Below are positions 27,877-37,734 of a stretch of 64,000 nucleotides of DNA, in pieces. This DNA is from Dehalococcoidia bacterium. Lineage in GTDB: Bacteria; Chloroflexota; Dehalococcoidia; SpSt-223. Both the position numbers and the translations under genes were made by a program. The notes beneath the pieces were generated by a model that worked only from the letters and a program-made list of their open reading frames with translations, ran no database searches and had not been told where the DNA came from. The stretch's first letter is position 1. Each line of letters starts with the position of its first letter. The stretch spans positions 201,008 to 265,007 of the forward strand of contig JANWZD010000001.1 in NCBI GenBank assembly GCA_025054935.1. Reading direction: 5' to 3'.

Positions 27877-28623
27877 TTATCCGAGCCTGCTGAGGACAGC
27901 GTCGTCGAGTTCAGCGTTGGTAAAAACCTGCTGAACGTCGTCCAGCTCCTCAAGCCGGTCGATCAGGCGTATCAGCGCTTCCGAGTCCTTCGCGTTGAGC
28001 GGGATCGGTGTCGAAGGCACCATGGAAACTTCGGCATGAAGGACCGAGCGCTTGGCCGACTCAAGCGCGCTCTTGACGGCTTCAAGCTGGGCAGGATCGG
28101 TATATACGATGACCTCGTCGCCTTCGACCTTGGCGTCTTCGGCGCCCGCTTCGATGGCCTCGAGCGCGATTTCGTCGGGATCGTGGCCGGTCGCGGCGAC
28201 GGTGATGACGCCGAGATTGCGAAACTGCCAGGCGACTGACCCCGCTTCGCCAAGGCTGCCGCCGCTGCGCGTAAGGACATTGCGCACTTCCGCGACCGTC
28301 CGGTTGCGGTTGTCAGTCATCGCTTGGATCAGCAGCGCCGCTCCGCCGGGGCCGTAGCCCTCATACAGCACCTCATGAAGCTCCGTGGCGTCAGTGGCGC
28401 CCATTGCTCGCTTGATCGCCCGCTCGATATTTTCAGCAGGCATGTTATTTTCGCGGGCATGCTGGATCGCGAGCCGCAGCCGAAAATTATGTTCTGGGTC
28501 GGGCAGACCAGATTTCGCGGCGATCGTGATCTCCCGCGCCAGTTTCGTAAAGATTGCGCCCCGCTTCATATCAGCGGCGCCCTTTTGCCGCTTGATCTGG
28601 GCCCACTTCGAGTGGCCAGCCAT
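27877..28623 (-). CDS. yebC: YebC/PmpR family protein
   Basis: MAGHSKWAQIK, YEGYGPGG, TDNRNRT, LEELDDVQQVFTN. Confidence 0.97.
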   Translation of the reverse strand: MAGHSKWAQIKRQKGAADMKRGAIFTKLAREITIAAKSGLPDPEHNFRLRLAIQHARENNMPAENIERAIKRAMGATDATELHEVLYEGYGPGGAALLIQAMTDNRNRTVAEVRNVLTRSGGSLGEAGSVAWQFRNLGVITVAATGHDPDEIALEAIEAGAEDAKVEGDEVIVYTDPAQLEAVKSALESAKRSVLHAEVSMVPSTPIPLNAKDSEALIRLIDRLEELDDVQQVFTNAELDDAVLSRLG

Positions 28624-28745
28624 TGAGAACGCTCCGAAACGAACCGTCACACGCGTCTAGGATGCGCGAAGTATAGGCTGCCGTTTCGAGAGCCGACAAG
28701 GCAGCATTCGGGGTACCATTCGAGAAACCACGATCAGGACACCCT

Positions 28746-31040
28746 ATGTCGGACGAATCACCGCGGCAGTCGCGTCGCCGTGTCGGGAGCGAAGCCGGCG
28801 CTCGCTCTTCCGCTGTCGCAGCAAGCGACTGGCGGCCGTCGGCGTTCCGGCCTACTCCTGTCGCGCGTCAACGGGCAGCGCAGTTCGCCGCCCGCTACCC
28901 GTTCGAGTTGGACCCCTTTCAGCGCGACGCGATCGCTGCGCTCGCTGATGGTCACTCGCTCCTCGTCACGGCGCCAACCGGCACAGGCAAAACCGTCATC
29001 GCCGAGTTTGCGGTGCAGGACGCGCTCGATGCCGGCCAGCGCCTGATCTACACCACGCCGCTGCGCGCGCTCTCGGCGCAGAAATTTCGCGATTTCGTTG
29101 CCATTTGGGGGGCAGAGCGCGTTGGCATGGTGACCGGCGAGACAGCGATCAACGATCGTGCTCCGATCCTCGTCATGACCACGGAAATCCTGCGCAATCG
29201 CCTCGTCAGCGAGGGGGGAGACGAGGTGCGCGACCTGCGGGCGGTTGTTCTCGATGAGTTTCACTATCTCGCTGACCTCGACCGGGGGCGGGTCTGGGAG
29301 GAGGTTGTCCTGCTCATTCCTCCCTCCGTTCAGTTAGTCTGCCTCTCGGCCACTCTTCCGAACGTCGCCGAGGTGGCAGACTGGCTGCACGAGGTTCACG
29401 GCTCGACGGTTGTGGTGACCCATGATCAACGCGCCGTTCCGCTCGATGTCTACTACTTCGATGGAAGCAAGCTGCTCCGCGTCGCCGACCCCTCCGGGAA
29501 GATCGTGGCTCGCCCGCGCGGGCGGACACGCGACCCCGAGAACCCGGACCTTCTCGCTGCCGAGGTCGTCGCGCACCTGGCTCAGCGCCAGTTTCTCCCC
29601 GCGATTGTTTTCGTCATGAGCCGACGGCGGACGGAAGAGCAATGCGACTTGACTGTCGACTCCGGGCTCGACCTGCTCCTCGACCCGACGGCGCGCGACG
29701 ACATCGAGCGCGAAATCCGGGCCGTCGAAGAGCGGATCGGGAGCGAGGAGCTGGCGATGGCGCAGCTCGACCGGCTGGCGGCGGCGCTGCCGCGCGGGGT
29801 CGCGTTTCACCATGCGGGCTTGGTGCCGGCGCTGCGCGAACTGGTCGAGCGACTCTTCGAATCCGGTCGCATCGGTGTCGTCTTCGCAACGGGCACGCTG
29901 GCGCTGGGGATCAACATGCCCGCCCGCACCGTCGTTCTCGAGCAGCTCTCCACGCGGGACGAACGGGGGTGGCGCCCGCTGCACAAGCGCGAATTTCTGC
30001 AGATGGCCGGGCGTGCCGGCCGGCGAGGCAAGGATCGCCTCGGCCATGTTGTGGTCCTAAAGCATCCCTTCGACCTCTTTGACCATCTGGAGCGGCTGCT
30101 CAAGCTGCCACCCGAGCCGATCACAAGCGCCTTTCAACTGGACTACGCCTCGGCGCTCTACCTGCTCGACCGGTATGGAGCGGAGGGGATGGTGGAGATG
30201 TACCGCCGCTCGTTCGCAACCTTTCAGAAGCTGCGGGCGGCAGAGGCGATTGCGCGAGGAGGGAAAAGGAGCCGGTCGGGGGAGCCCCTCTTCCTCGTTC
30301 GCCGGCGCGCCCAAATCGAGAACGACATCATCGACCACGCCCGCCGGCTCGAATCGATACTCGGCCGCTACGGCTATTGGGATGGAAGGCGCGTGACGCT
30401 GCGGGCGGCGTTTCTCCGGCGGTTTTTCCACGGCAATGCGCTGCTCACGAGCGAACTCGTCATCGGGGGAGCGCTGAAAGGGCTGCTGGCGACAGAACTC
30501 GCCGAGGTCGCGAGCTGGCTTGAAGGCGGCGGTCGGACGGGGCGGGGACGGCGCCCTCCCTCTCTGCCGCCGCGACTTGCTCACCTCTACCGGGTCATCT
30601 GGCTGAAAAGCCGGGTAATCGAGCGCCACGAGCAGGAGAACCTCCTCGCGGTTTCTGCCGGTTTGGGCCCGCCTGCGCTGCACGGCCTCGTCTGGCGCGC
30701 CGTGCGCGGCGAGTCCTTGGCAAAGCTGTGCGAGGATTACGCTGTTGACCCGGGAGACGTCTACGGGCGGCTGACCGACACGGCGATGTGGCTGCGGCAG
30801 CTCGAGAGCGCCCTGCTCGCCTCCGGGCTCGACCCGGCACTGGCGGATGTCGCTCGGACGGCGCGACACCTCCTTGTCGAGCGCGCCGGCTCAGTGGGGT
30901 TCACGCCGCTGATCCCCTCGATCGCGGCAATTGCCGAGCCGCCCGAGCCCGCCCTCGACATTCCCGAACCCGATTCTCCGATCGACCGCCCCCCGGAGGA
31001 GGACCATCGCTATGGCCGACCCATTACGTCCGAGCGCTGA
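28746..31040 (+). CDS. Ski2-like DEAD/DEAH helicase (HelY family)
   Basis: APTGTGKT, MTTEILRN, DEFH, LSAT, HHAG, GINMPA, QMAGRAGRRG. Confidence 0.9.
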   Translation: MSDESPRQSRRRVGSEAGARSSAVAASDWRPSAFRPTPVARQRAAQFAARYPFELDPFQRDAIAALADGHSLLVTAPTGTGKTVIAEFAVQDALDAGQRLIYTTPLRALSAQKFRDFVAIWGAERVGMVTGETAINDRAPILVMTTEILRNRLVSEGGDEVRDLRAVVLDEFHYLADLDRGRVWEEVVLLIPPSVQLVCLSATLPNVAEVADWLHEVHGSTVVVTHDQRAVPLDVYYFDGSKLLRVADPSGKIVARPRGRTRDPENPDLLAAEVVAHLAQRQFLPAIVFVMSRRRTEEQCDLTVDSGLDLLLDPTARDDIEREIRAVEERIGSEELAMAQLDRLAAALPRGVAFHHAGLVPALRELVERLFESGRIGVVFATGTLALGINMPARTVVLEQLSTRDERGWRPLHKREFLQMAGRAGRRGKDRLGHVVVLKHPFDLFDHLERLLKLPPEPITSAFQLDYASALYLLDRYGAEGMVEMYRRSFATFQKLRAAEAIARGGKRSRSGEPLFLVRRRAQIENDIIDHARRLESILGRYGYWDGRRVTLRAAFLRRFFHGNALLTSELVIGGALKGLLATELAEVASWLEGGGRTGRGRRPPSLPPRLAHLYRVIWLKSRVIERHEQENLLAVSAGLGPPALHGLVWRAVRGESLAKLCEDYAVDPGDVYGRLTDTAMWLRQLESALLASGLDPALADVARTARHLLVERAGSVGFTPLIPSIAAIAEPPEPALDIPEPDSPIDRPPEEDHRYGRPITSER

Positions 31041-31833
31041 GGAAGCGATTGCCGAATGGCGGCGCCGTGTCCGCGCCAACCGCGAACAAGTCGACCGCGT
31101 GCGCGAAGTCGAGGATGGCGCCGACTTTTACGCCCCAGTTGCCTCTGCCTTCCGCGCCGATCCTCACCGTCAGGATGATCCTGTGCTCAATGTCCTGCGG
31201 ACGATGATCCGTCCCCACGAATGCTGGCTCGACATCGGCGCCGGCGGCGGACGCTACGCGCTTCCGATTGCCCTTCAGGCGCGCGAGGTGATCGCCGTCG
31301 AGCCGTCCGCAGGGATGCTGGCGGTGCTCCAAGAAGGGATGGAGAACTACGGCATCCGCAATATCCGGATCGTCCATGGCCGCTTCCCGATGAGCGGGCT
31401 CGAAGCGGATGTCGCCCTGATCTGCCACGTCGGCTATGACATCGAAGAGATCGGCCCCTTTCTCGCGATGATGGAGCGGAGCGCTCCGCGCCGGATAGCG
31501 GTGCTTTTCGAGCGGCAGCCCACCGCGCCCGCCGACGCGCTCTGGCCGGCAGTGCACGGCGAGCCGCGGGAGACCCTCCCCGCCCTTCGCGAGTTCATCA
31601 TCCTGCTGCTCGCGCGGCGGGTCGTCCCGAACATTGTCACGCTCGAGGTGCCCGGCCCCTCCTACGACTCGCCCGAGCGGGCGCTCGACTTCGCCCGCCG
31701 GCAGACGTGGGTGCGGCCGGGAAGTGAGAAGGACGCGCGTCTCGAACGGATTGTCCGCGAGCGGCTGATCGAGCGCGATGGCCGGTTTGCCTATAGCTGG
31801 GACCCGGTGACGATCGGGATCGTCAGCTGGTAG
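31012..31833 (+). CDS. Class I SAM-dependent methyltransferase
   Basis: WLDIGAGGG, VIAVEPS.GM. GGAGGA SD. Confidence 0.85.
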   Translation: MADPLRPSAEEAIAEWRRRVRANREQVDRVREVEDGADFYAPVASAFRADPHRQDDPVLNVLRTMIRPHECWLDIGAGGGRYALPIALQAREVIAVEPSAGMLAVLQEGMENYGIRNIRIVHGRFPMSGLEADVALICHVGYDIEEIGPFLAMMERSAPRRIAVLFERQPTAPADALWPAVHGEPRETLPALREFIILLLARRVVPNIVTLEVPGPSYDSPERALDFARRQTWVRPGSEKDARLERIVRERLIERDGRFAYSWDPVTIGIVSW

Positions 31834-31968
31834 CAGACGTGGGGGCATAGGGCGCTGCTGCAGAGGCAGGGAGGCGACGGGGCACCAGCTGCGTTTCCCC
31901 GCGCTGGCCGCCGGCGCCGCTGCCCAGCACTGTCGGCCCGAGGAGGAGCGCGCCGCAGCCTGGGAGGT

Positions 31969-32415
31969 TCAGTAGCGGATCCGAGTTGCGCGATGTTTCG
32001 CGACCAGCTTGCCGTGCTGATTGGTGTAGGTCGTCTCCCAGACCGTGAAGACCATCTGTCCAAGCCGACCGGTGCGCTCGTAGAGGTCGGTCCATTTCGC
32101 GATCACGACAATGATGTCGTCGGGACGAACAACGCCGAAGTACTCGAACTCGTCGCCCCCGTTGAGGAGCCGAGTGGTCTTGAGCGGAAGTTCCGGAAAC
32201 GCGCCCGGCTTGAGGTTGTAGACGAAGGTCGGGGGAGCGATGATGCCGCCCCACCGGGTCGTTCGGGCGTACTCTTCGTCAAAGTAGAGCGGGTTGGGGT
32301 CGCCAATCGCCTCGGCAAAGAGCCGGATCTGGCTCCGGTCGACGCGGTGGACGCCCGGCTCGCTGGTGACCCCAATCATGGCGCGCGCTTCGTCGGTGAT
32401 CAGGCTCTCCGTCAT
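31969..32415 (-). CDS. MaoC-like hot-dog dehydratase (N-terminal/FAS1 type)
   Basis: IRLFAEAIGDPNPLY.DEEYA...GGIIAPPTF, LNGG.EFEY. Confidence 0.88.
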   Translation of the reverse strand: MTESLITDEARAMIGVTSEPGVHRVDRSQIRLFAEAIGDPNPLYFDEEYARTTRWGGIIAPPTFVYNLKPGAFPELPLKTTRLLNGGDEFEYFGVVRPDDIIVVIAKWTDLYERTGRLGQMVFTVWETTYTNQHGKLVAKHRATRIRY

Positions 32416-32435
32416 CGCCTCCCTCTTCGCGTCTG

Positions 32436-33428
32436 TCACGGCGACGGATCGGCAGTCGGCGCCGCGAGCCCGAGACGGGTGAACCGCCACTGGCTGTAGA
32501 CAAAGAGCGCCCCGGCACCGACTGCGACGCCGAACCACAGTGTACACGCTCGAATCAGGATCGTGGCGGCGGCGGTAACGTCGCTCGGCGCCCCGACGAG
32601 CAGCCTGGTCAGGGCGGCGATCCCGCCTTCGGCGACCCCAAGCCCGCCCGGGGTGAGGAAGAGACCGCCTGCGAGCGATGAGACTGCGAGGATAAAACTT
32701 GCCTGGAGGAGGAGCATGCCGCTCGGCTCGAGGCCGAGGCCGGCGAGGACGAGAAAGAAGGCGACGCATTCGCCCGCCCAGGAGAGAACGCCAAGGGCGA
32801 TCCCGAACCCGAAGCTGGGACCGCGGAAGAGCACCGCGCTGCCCTCATAGAAATGCCGAAGGTGGTGCGCGCGGGTCCGGATGAGGGGGAGGCGCTCAGC
32901 AAGGGCAAGCACAGCCACAGCGAGCGGCGGATACTGGCTCAGGAGGAGCACCATCGCGGCCAAGAGGAGCGTGCCCACCATCACCTCAAACCCGAGCCCG
33001 AAAACAACGATCCCGGCGCTGGCGAGGATTAGAAGAGCAAGACCGTCAGTCAAGCGCTCCGCGATGATAATCGGCGCTGCCCGGCTGAACTGAATGCCGC
33101 TCTGCTGCTGGAGCAGGTAGCATTTCAGCCACTCGCCGACCTTTCCCGGGGTGATGGTCATGCTCAGGCCGCTGAAAAAGATAAGCAGGCTATCGAGCGG
33201 AGCGACCGTGCGCGCCCCGAGCAGCCGGATGTAGTAGTGCCATTTCCCGAAGCGGATGACATAGTTGGCCAGCGTTAGGCCGATGATGGCCGGCAGGAGC
33301 CCGACCTGGAAGCGACTGATTGCGGCGACAGTCTCAGACAGGTCGCCATAGACGAGGAGCGCAAGCAGCACGAGAACGCCAAAGGCGAGCGAGAGGAGAA
33401 TGCGCCCGCGGAAGCGTGCGAGGTTCAT
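32436..33428 (-). CDS. Lysylphosphatidylglycerol synthase TM-domain / UPF0104 flippase-like protein
   Basis: Polytopic; RF.KW, TPGKVGE, AER.TD, PGGLGVAEG, LIR..TLW. Confidence 0.85.
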   Translation of the reverse strand: MNLARFRGRILLSLAFGVLVLLALLVYGDLSETVAAISRFQVGLLPAIIGLTLANYVIRFGKWHYYIRLLGARTVAPLDSLLIFFSGLSMTITPGKVGEWLKCYLLQQQSGIQFSRAAPIIIAERLTDGLALLILASAGIVVFGLGFEVMVGTLLLAAMVLLLSQYPPLAVAVLALAERLPLIRTRAHHLRHFYEGSAVLFRGPSFGFGIALGVLSWAGECVAFFLVLAGLGLEPSGMLLLQASFILAVSSLAGGLFLTPGGLGVAEGGIAALTRLLVGAPSDVTAAATILIRACTLWFGVAVGAGALFVYSQWRFTRLGLAAPTADPSP

Positions 33429-33438
33429 TCGGTTCGCG

Positions 33439-34560
33439 TCAGTATTGGTTGAACAGCGCGCCCCACGGGCCCTCTTTGATCTTCTGGATCCGTTTCAGCC
33501 CGTGGACGCGGTACCAATACCAATTGTGATAGATATTGGAGGCAAGATAGCTCCACGGCACCAGCGGAGAGCGAAGCAGCAGGTTTTCGAGCGGCTTCAA
33601 CGGACCGTGATAGATCAGCTTTTGTCCTCGGCTGGCAAACGTGTCTTGATTGCCGTGGAAATGCCAGTTGACGTTTGAGATGTCATCGCCGACGTACTCG
33701 ATCGCGCGCGTGTCGCCGACGCCGAGACCGCGCTCGTGCCCATTGCGAATGAACCCGATCGAGAGGGGGTCGAACCCCATCAGCCTCGCTGAGGTGGCGT
33801 CAATCGCCACCTGATCGCGGCTGGCGAGGATCACGTTCTTGACGTGGGGCACCATGCAGCGGGGTCCAGGGCCGTCCCCGGCGATGGTGCCATCCATGAC
33901 AGCGAAGACGCCGGGATGGATCTCGTACTGGATCGCGAGCAGATCGATGATCGCTTGATGGATCACCGAATGGGTCCAATGCCGCTGGAAATTAAGAAGC
34001 CCCCCGAAGGCATTTTTGACTGCCCCGGTGATCTGGGTGAAGACGTGGGTCTTCACGGTCGGGAGATGGATGATGTTTTTGCCGATCAAAAAGTCTGGGA
34101 TGTAGATGCCGTCGGGGTAGACATCGTTCAGCACTTCCATCTTGGCGCGCGGCTCGTAGCGGATCCACTTCACCGGCGGCTCTTCGAGGTGAACGGAAGG
34201 AACGCCGTGCCGGTCTGTCACCGCTTGATGCTTGTTCTTGATCGCTCCCTCGTGGGCGTCGACCACGACCGTGCTGTTATGCACGGCGACAAGGCGGTCA
34301 AACCCCTGCGCCTTCAGCGAGCGGATCGTGCCGTCCAGCTGCCACGGGGCGGTCGAGCAGCCGGGGTACCAATGCTGCCACGAAATGTTGACCTTCAGGA
34401 TCGTATCGACGCTGCGGTCGAGTTCCTGGTCGACGTCGGCAAGCCGGATGAGACGGTCATAGTCGTCGAGGACAGTCTCCGGTGACGTGAACAGGACCGC
34501 CACTTTCGGCTTGCCGGTATAGCGCGGCCCCGCGGGCCGGCTGGGCGATGTCTGGATCAT
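33439..34560 (-). CDS. DUF362 domain protein
   Basis: LKVNISW..PGCST.PWQL, LPTVKTH..TGAVKN.FG, MDG...GDGPGP, DQVAID. Confidence 0.82.
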   Translation of the reverse strand: MIQTSPSRPAGPRYTGKPKVAVLFTSPETVLDDYDRLIRLADVDQELDRSVDTILKVNISWQHWYPGCSTAPWQLDGTIRSLKAQGFDRLVAVHNSTVVVDAHEGAIKNKHQAVTDRHGVPSVHLEEPPVKWIRYEPRAKMEVLNDVYPDGIYIPDFLIGKNIIHLPTVKTHVFTQITGAVKNAFGGLLNFQRHWTHSVIHQAIIDLLAIQYEIHPGVFAVMDGTIAGDGPGPRCMVPHVKNVILASRDQVAIDATSARLMGFDPLSIGFIRNGHERGLGVGDTRAIEYVGDDISNVNWHFHGNQDTFASRGQKLIYHGPLKPLENLLLRSPLVPWSYLASNIYHNWYWYRVHGLKRIQKIKEGPWGALFNQY

Positions 34561-34661
34561 CAGTTCCTCCGAGGCGCTCGAGCAGGGCCGAGTATAGGAG
34601 TGTCAACCTGGAGGCGTCCACCTGATGCGCGGAAGCAAGCGCGTCGGCGAGCGGTCCTGCT

Positions 34662-35663
34662 CTAGCGCTCAATGCGGACGACGCGCCGCTCGGCGGCCGA
34701 GCGCGCGATCGCGTGGGTCAGCCGTACGCCCTCTAAGCCATCATAGCCGGTGGCGAGGAGCGTTCCGCCCTCGAGGATAACCGAGCTAATCTGCTCAATC
34801 TCGGCGACGTACACATCGTAGTTCGGCCGTGGCGGCACAAACTCATACGTCCGGCGGCCGTTCGGGAGCGTGACTTCAACCTGCCCGGCGATGTCGTAGG
34901 AGATCGTGCCCGCGGTGCGGACGTACCCGCGGGTTGCGTGGACGACAAGACCGTTGGCGGGATACGGCAAGCGTCGGCTCGAGAGCATCTGGGCGAAGAT
35001 TCCTCCATCGAGACGGAGGGAGGAGACTGACAGCTCCTCGACCCCTCCTTCCACCGCGTCATCGAGCGCTGCGACGAGCTCGACTTCCTTGTTGGTCACG
35101 TAGCGGAGAAGGTCGGCGGCATGGATGCCGATATTGAGCAGCGACCCGCCGCCCCGCTCGGCGCGGTAGCGCCATTCAGCATGGCGGACGAGGCCGGCGT
35201 TTGCGCAGTCGGACCGGATGAAAACGACTTCCCCGATCTCACCCGAGAGGATCAGCTCTCGAACGACGATATGTCCGGGCTGGTAGCGGTTGTTGTACCC
35301 CGTTGCAAGGAGCCGGCCGCACTCGTCGGCGACATCGATCATCCGTTGACACTGTTCCACTGTCACGGCGAGCGGCTTATCGCACAAGACATGCTTGCCG
35401 GCGCGCAGTGCGGCGATCGTTTGCTCGCAGTGCACATCGTTCGGAGAGCCGATATAGACCGCCTCAATCGTCGGGTCTGCAAGAAAGGCGGCAAGGTCGC
35501 TGTAGGCGCGCGGCGCGCCGTGTTTGGCGGCAAAGGCCTCTGCCCGGCGTTGATCTCGGCTGTAGACGCCGACGAGGCGAGCGTTCCTGCTGTTGACAAT
35601 CGCCGGCGCCATCCGCGCGTCAGCGTGCCGGCCGATCCCGATGATCCCCCATCCGACGCTCAT
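34662..35663 (-). CDS. Gfo/Idh/MocA family oxidoreductase
   Basis: WGIIGIG, AGKHVLCDKP, GGGSLLNIGIH. Confidence 0.9.
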   Translation of the reverse strand: MSVGWGIIGIGRHADARMAPAIVNSRNARLVGVYSRDQRRAEAFAAKHGAPRAYSDLAAFLADPTIEAVYIGSPNDVHCEQTIAALRAGKHVLCDKPLAVTVEQCQRMIDVADECGRLLATGYNNRYQPGHIVVRELILSGEIGEVVFIRSDCANAGLVRHAEWRYRAERGGGSLLNIGIHAADLLRYVTNKEVELVAALDDAVEGGVEELSVSSLRLDGGIFAQMLSSRRLPYPANGLVVHATRGYVRTAGTISYDIAGQVEVTLPNGRRTYEFVPPRPNYDVYVAEIEQISSVILEGGTLLATGYDGLEGVRLTHAIARSAAERRVVRIER

Positions 35664-35713
35664 CGCTCTCGCTCCAACGCCTCATCGTAGCAGCCTGAGG
35701 AAAAGAGAGGCGA

Positions 35714-35735
35714 TATACTTGTGACAAAGCTCACA
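35714..35735 (+). promoter_or_regulatory. -10 box plus CRP/FNR-family palindrome upstream of typA
   Basis: TATACT (35714-35719) immediately followed by TGTGA-CAAAGC-TCACA (35720-35735). Confidence 0.6.
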
Positions 35736-35752
35736 GAACAGCCAGAGCAGCG

Positions 35753-35774
35753 GGCGCGTCGTCGCGCCTTTTTT
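35753..35774 (+). terminator. Intrinsic terminator-like hairpin in the typA leader
   Basis: GGCGCG-TCGT-CGCGCC-TTTTTT, 18 nt before the ATG. Confidence 0.6.
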
Positions 35775-35792
35775 GTGCAGCAGAGAGAGACC

Positions 35793-37655
35793 ATGCGCAC
35801 CCAACGGACTGATCTTCGCAATCTTGCGATCATCGCGCACGTCGACCATGGGAAGACGACCCTTGTCGACGCGATGCTGAAACAGAGCCGGGTCTTTCGC
35901 GAGCACCAGCAGGTGGGGAGCCTCATTCTCGACTCGCATGAGTTGGAGCGTGAGCGCGGCATCACCATCTTGGCCAAGAACACCGCAATCCGCTACCGGA
36001 ACGTCAAGATCAACATCATCGATACGCCCGGCCACGCTGACTTCGGCAGCGAAGTGGAACGAGTGCTGACGCTGGCCGACGGCTGTCTCCTGCTTGTCGA
36101 CGCGGTCGAAGGACCGATGCCGCAGACACGCTATGTGCTCAAGAAGGCCCTTGCGCTCGGGCTGCGCCCTATCGTGGGAATCAACAAAGTCGACCGGCCG
36201 CGCGCCCGTCCTCTCGAGGCGCTCGAAGCGACCCAAGACCTCTTCCTTGAAGTAGCGACCGACGCTGATCAGCTGGAGTTTCCCGTCGTCTATCTGGTCG
36301 CCAAAGAGGGGCGCGCCGGTGTTCAGCCCGACGCGCTCGCGCCGGACTTGACCCCCCTGTTCGAAACGATCCTCGCCGCCATCCCGTGCCCGACGGTTGA
36401 ACGGGATGCGCCCGTTCAAGCCCTGATCGCCGCGCTCGACTATGACCCGCACCTCGGCCGGATCGCTATCGGCCGCCTCATGCGCGGAACGCTTCGAACC
36501 GGCGCGCCGGTGGTGCGGGTGCGAAGCGATGGAGCCATCGCCCCCGAAAGCGGGCGCAAGGTCCGGCAGCTTCTCGTGTTCGAAGGGTTGAAACGGGTCG
36601 AGGTCACCGAGATCGCGGCTGGCGAGATCGTTGCGCTGGTCGGGCTCGACGACGTCGCGATCGGCGACACAATCGCCGACCCGGCATTCCCGGAGCCGCT
36701 GCCGGCGATCGCGGTCGATGAGCCGACAGTCCGGATCACGCTCGGCGTCAATACCTCGCCCTTCGCCGGCCGCGAGGGCAAATACCAGACCTCCCGCCAA
36801 CTGCGCGATCGGCTCGAGCGCGAACTGGAGACGAATCTCGGGCTGCGGGTAGAGGAGACCGAAAGTCCTGACCGCTTCCTCCTCAGCGGGCGGGGAGAGC
36901 TGCACCTCTCGATCCTGATCGAGACGATGCGTCGCGAGGGCTATGAGTTCGAAGTGTCGCGGCCGGAAGTGATCGTGAAGCGGGTCGATGGTCAGCTTCA
37001 GGAGCCGGTCGAAGAGCTCGTGATCGACACGACCGACGAGTACGTCGGCGCCGTCGCCGAACTTGTTGGGCCCCGCCTCGCGCGGCTCGTGAATATCCGC
37101 CACCGGGAGACAAGCGCCGGCACGACCGACGTTCGGCTCGTCTACCGCATTCCGACACGCGGGCTTATCGGGCTGCGCACCCAGCTGCTGACTGCTACCC
37201 GCGGCAACGCGACAATGAGCACTCTCTTTCTCGGCTATGAACCGTGGCAAGGCCCGCTCGCAGCGTCGCGCGGCGGCGCTCTGATCGCAACCGAGTCGGG
37301 CCGCGCCGTCGCCTACGGGCTGGCGAGCGCCCAAGAGCGGGGCCAGCTGTTCATCGAACCCGGGACCGAGGTGTATGAAGGGATGATTGTCGGCGTGGCG
37401 CCGCGGGCACTGGATATTCCGGTGAACGTCTGCCGTCAGAAGAAGGCGACGAACATTCGCTCCTCAACAGCAGAGATCGCCGTCAAGCTGACGCCGCCGC
37501 GCCGCCTCAGCCTCGAGGATGCGCTCGACTTTCTCGCCGCCGACGAACTGCTTGAGGTGACGCCAAAGAGCTTGCGTTTGCGGAAGCGGCTGCTCAGCGA
37601 GCACGAACGCGCTCGGGCGCGCAAGCAGGAAGCGAAGGCGGCTCTCGCGCTCTAG
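35793..37655 (+). CDS. typA: Translational GTPase TypA/BipA
   Basis: [64 protein letters not shown]. Confidence 0.97.
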   Translation: MRTQRTDLRNLAIIAHVDHGKTTLVDAMLKQSRVFREHQQVGSLILDSHELERERGITILAKNTAIRYRNVKINIIDTPGHADFGSEVERVLTLADGCLLLVDAVEGPMPQTRYVLKKALALGLRPIVGINKVDRPRARPLEALEATQDLFLEVATDADQLEFPVVYLVAKEGRAGVQPDALAPDLTPLFETILAAIPCPTVERDAPVQALIAALDYDPHLGRIAIGRLMRGTLRTGAPVVRVRSDGAIAPESGRKVRQLLVFEGLKRVEVTEIAAGEIVALVGLDDVAIGDTIADPAFPEPLPAIAVDEPTVRITLGVNTSPFAGREGKYQTSRQLRDRLERELETNLGLRVEETESPDRFLLSGRGELHLSILIETMRREGYEFEVSRPEVIVKRVDGQLQEPVEELVIDTTDEYVGAVAELVGPRLARLVNIRHRETSAGTTDVRLVYRIPTRGLIGLRTQLLTATRGNATMSTLFLGYEPWQGPLAASRGGALIATESGRAVAYGLASAQERGQLFIEPGTEVYEGMIVGVAPRALDIPVNVCRQKKATNIRSSTAEIAVKLTPPRRLSLEDALDFLAADELLEVTPKSLRLRKRLLSEHERARARKQEAKAALAL

Positions 37656-37734
37656 CCGCTCGCGCTCTCCTCAGGCAGCGGCCGCTTGCCCGCCCGGCTG
37701 CAGGCGGGAGCAGGCACCCGGCGGAGACGGATGG

